DNA of 63,758 nt, the filler included, from Reticulomyxa filosa (Eukaryota > Protista > Foraminifera): NCBI GenBank assembly GCA_000512085.1. It is 15 parts of 15 records of this genome, joined end to end, with 100 filler letters (N's around TTAATTAATTAA, not from the genome) between each part and the next. Parts side by side here need not be neighbours in the genome. Positions count along the whole stretch, not along the records: positions 61,409 to 63,758 come from ASPP01026963.1; 14 more parts are not named here. The stretch is one strand, 5' to 3'. Both the position numbers and the translations under genes were made by a program. The notes beneath the pieces were generated by a model. The model had not been told where the DNA came from and made no database searches. It was given only the letters and a program-made list of their open reading frames with translations. This document shows positions 62,140 through 63,758 of this stretch, piece by piece. Every line of letters begins with the position of its first letter. Positions within the stretch are counted from its first letter, which is position 1.

Positions 62140-63745
62140 ATGCGATTCGGCGTGAGAAAAAAACTCTGAAAGCGATGCACGACAAAAGATGTTGGAAATA
62201 ATCAAGCACAAAAAGCAAACGGTGTTGAAATTGAAGTTGACGTTGCGACTGAGCGGAGGAGGCACTGAAGAAGTTGCAGCCGCTTTCGGTGTTCAATAGC
62301 TCGACACAAACAACGGAGACGTGGACGTTGGAAGCGCTTCGAGCGATCATTGAAAAAGAGACGGAGCAAATGAATGAATATAAGAAGAGTCACGGTCGAG
62401 TGTTGTTGGAAGAAGAGAGACAGGCGAACTTGGAATTGAAGCAGTAGAAAGAGCAGATGATCGACTTCATCCATCGTTTCGTCAATGACAGTGAAAATCG
62501 ATTCCGCAAAGACCAGTTGATGAAATGGAAGAATGCCGTTGGCACTTTGATTGATGAGAACATGCAATTGAAGCATCGCAACGAAGGCAGTAGAAGAAAA
62601 TGATGACAATGATGATAATAACAACAACGACAACGATATTATGTTCATTTTGACAGACAATCGTTAATGCAAGATATCGATGGTGACATGTGCATGCAGG
62701 ACACAATCAATGCTGACACAATTGCAACTGCAAGTGCGACAACGACAGCTGCAGCTGCAATGGCGGGCAATGAAACAGCGTCGGCGAAACAGTCAAAGAG
62801 ACAGCGCGAAGTGCGAGGAGGAACTGCAGATGCTACTGGAAAAAGAACGATAAGAGCAACAGACGGTCGAACCAGCTGCGCGGACAAATGGACGTGCATC
62901 AGGAGAAGGAGGAGTGGAACAATCGATAGCACGAACTCGAAAGTGCCAAGGCGGAATTGCAAAGCAAGACTCCAGCTGGAAATGATTAAGTTTGAAAAAG
63001 AAAAAGAAAACCTATCCAAAGGCTTTGAGCAGCAACTGCTACAGGTTCAAAATGGCGCGCCGTTCAGGCTATTGACTCGACGACGGAGGAAAACATGAAA
63101 CTGAAGCTGCGCATTGCACAACTGAAGGGACACAACGGAAGCGTTGGAATTGGAATTGCAAAAGGCCTTTGAACTTTATCAAATCCAAAGACAGCCAATT
63201 GTGATCGGCTTGCCAAGGTCAGCTAACTCTGCTCCAACAACGTGTCGACGATGCCCAATGCACACTTGCACACCGCCCAAGACGCGCGCGCTGCAGCTAG
63301 CACAGACCGACAATACCAAACTCGCTCAGCAGCTCGTCGAACACAAAGACCACCACGCACAGGCAACGCGCGAGGTTTGGACGCTGTCAGGCTCGAGGCC
63401 CACCGATCTGCAAACTCAAATGGCCAAACTGAAGGAAACGCTCACGCACAAAAATACCAAATTGGAGAGCTTGGAAAATCAAGTCGATCAGTTGGATAAT
63501 GACTTTCACAAATTAAAATTAAATTTTGATTCTTTGACTGACGATCACCAGATTCTTACTGACGCATACGAGTTATACATATACGTATATATTCTGTGTG
63601 CTTATTTGTAACTCATGTACGTATATAATGTACATATCGTTCACTACGTACTTTATAACAACAAAAGGACATTAAAAGATGAAAATAGTCAAACAACCAA
63701 GGCTTTAGAAGAGTCTAAAAATGAAGTACAATTGCTGCGCGTATG
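62140..63745 (+). pseudogene. Degenerate coiled-coil protein gene
   Basis: Coding-like composition with heptad-rich fragments broken by many stops and frameshifts. Confidence 0.5.
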
Positions 63746-63758
63746 CTTTTTTTTTTTT

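Overview
This window is not one locus. It is 15 unlinked contig fragments joined by 14 artificial 100-bp spacers (N44-TTAATTAATTAA-N44). Fourteen fragments are eukaryotic, with AT-rich introns and intergenic DNA. The divergent alpha-tubulin and the expanded WD40, Kelch-like and PUB families point to a foraminiferan, Reticulomyxa filosa-like (inference). One fragment (51855-53115) is high-GC bacterial DNA. Recognisable genes: a DHHC palmitoyltransferase, REV1, a divergent alpha-tubulin, an SLC26/STAS transporter, PGS1, two GNAT-fold proteins, CFAP299, a truncated FAN1, a TRF4/TENT4-like polymerase, a myristoylated EF-hand protein and several pseudogenes. The stand-out is a ~12 kb gene, incomplete at both ends (25571-37514). 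It encodes about 28 tandem CAP-Gly domains in alternating A/B pairs, three PYM/eIF2A-C-terminus-like helical hairpins, a ZZ-like zinc finger and EF-hands. It is a candidate Ca2+-regulated microtubule scaffold of the reticulopodial network. Many single-base frameshifts sit in homopolymers and are probably sequencing errors. All assignments come from motif recognition by eye; no database search was run.
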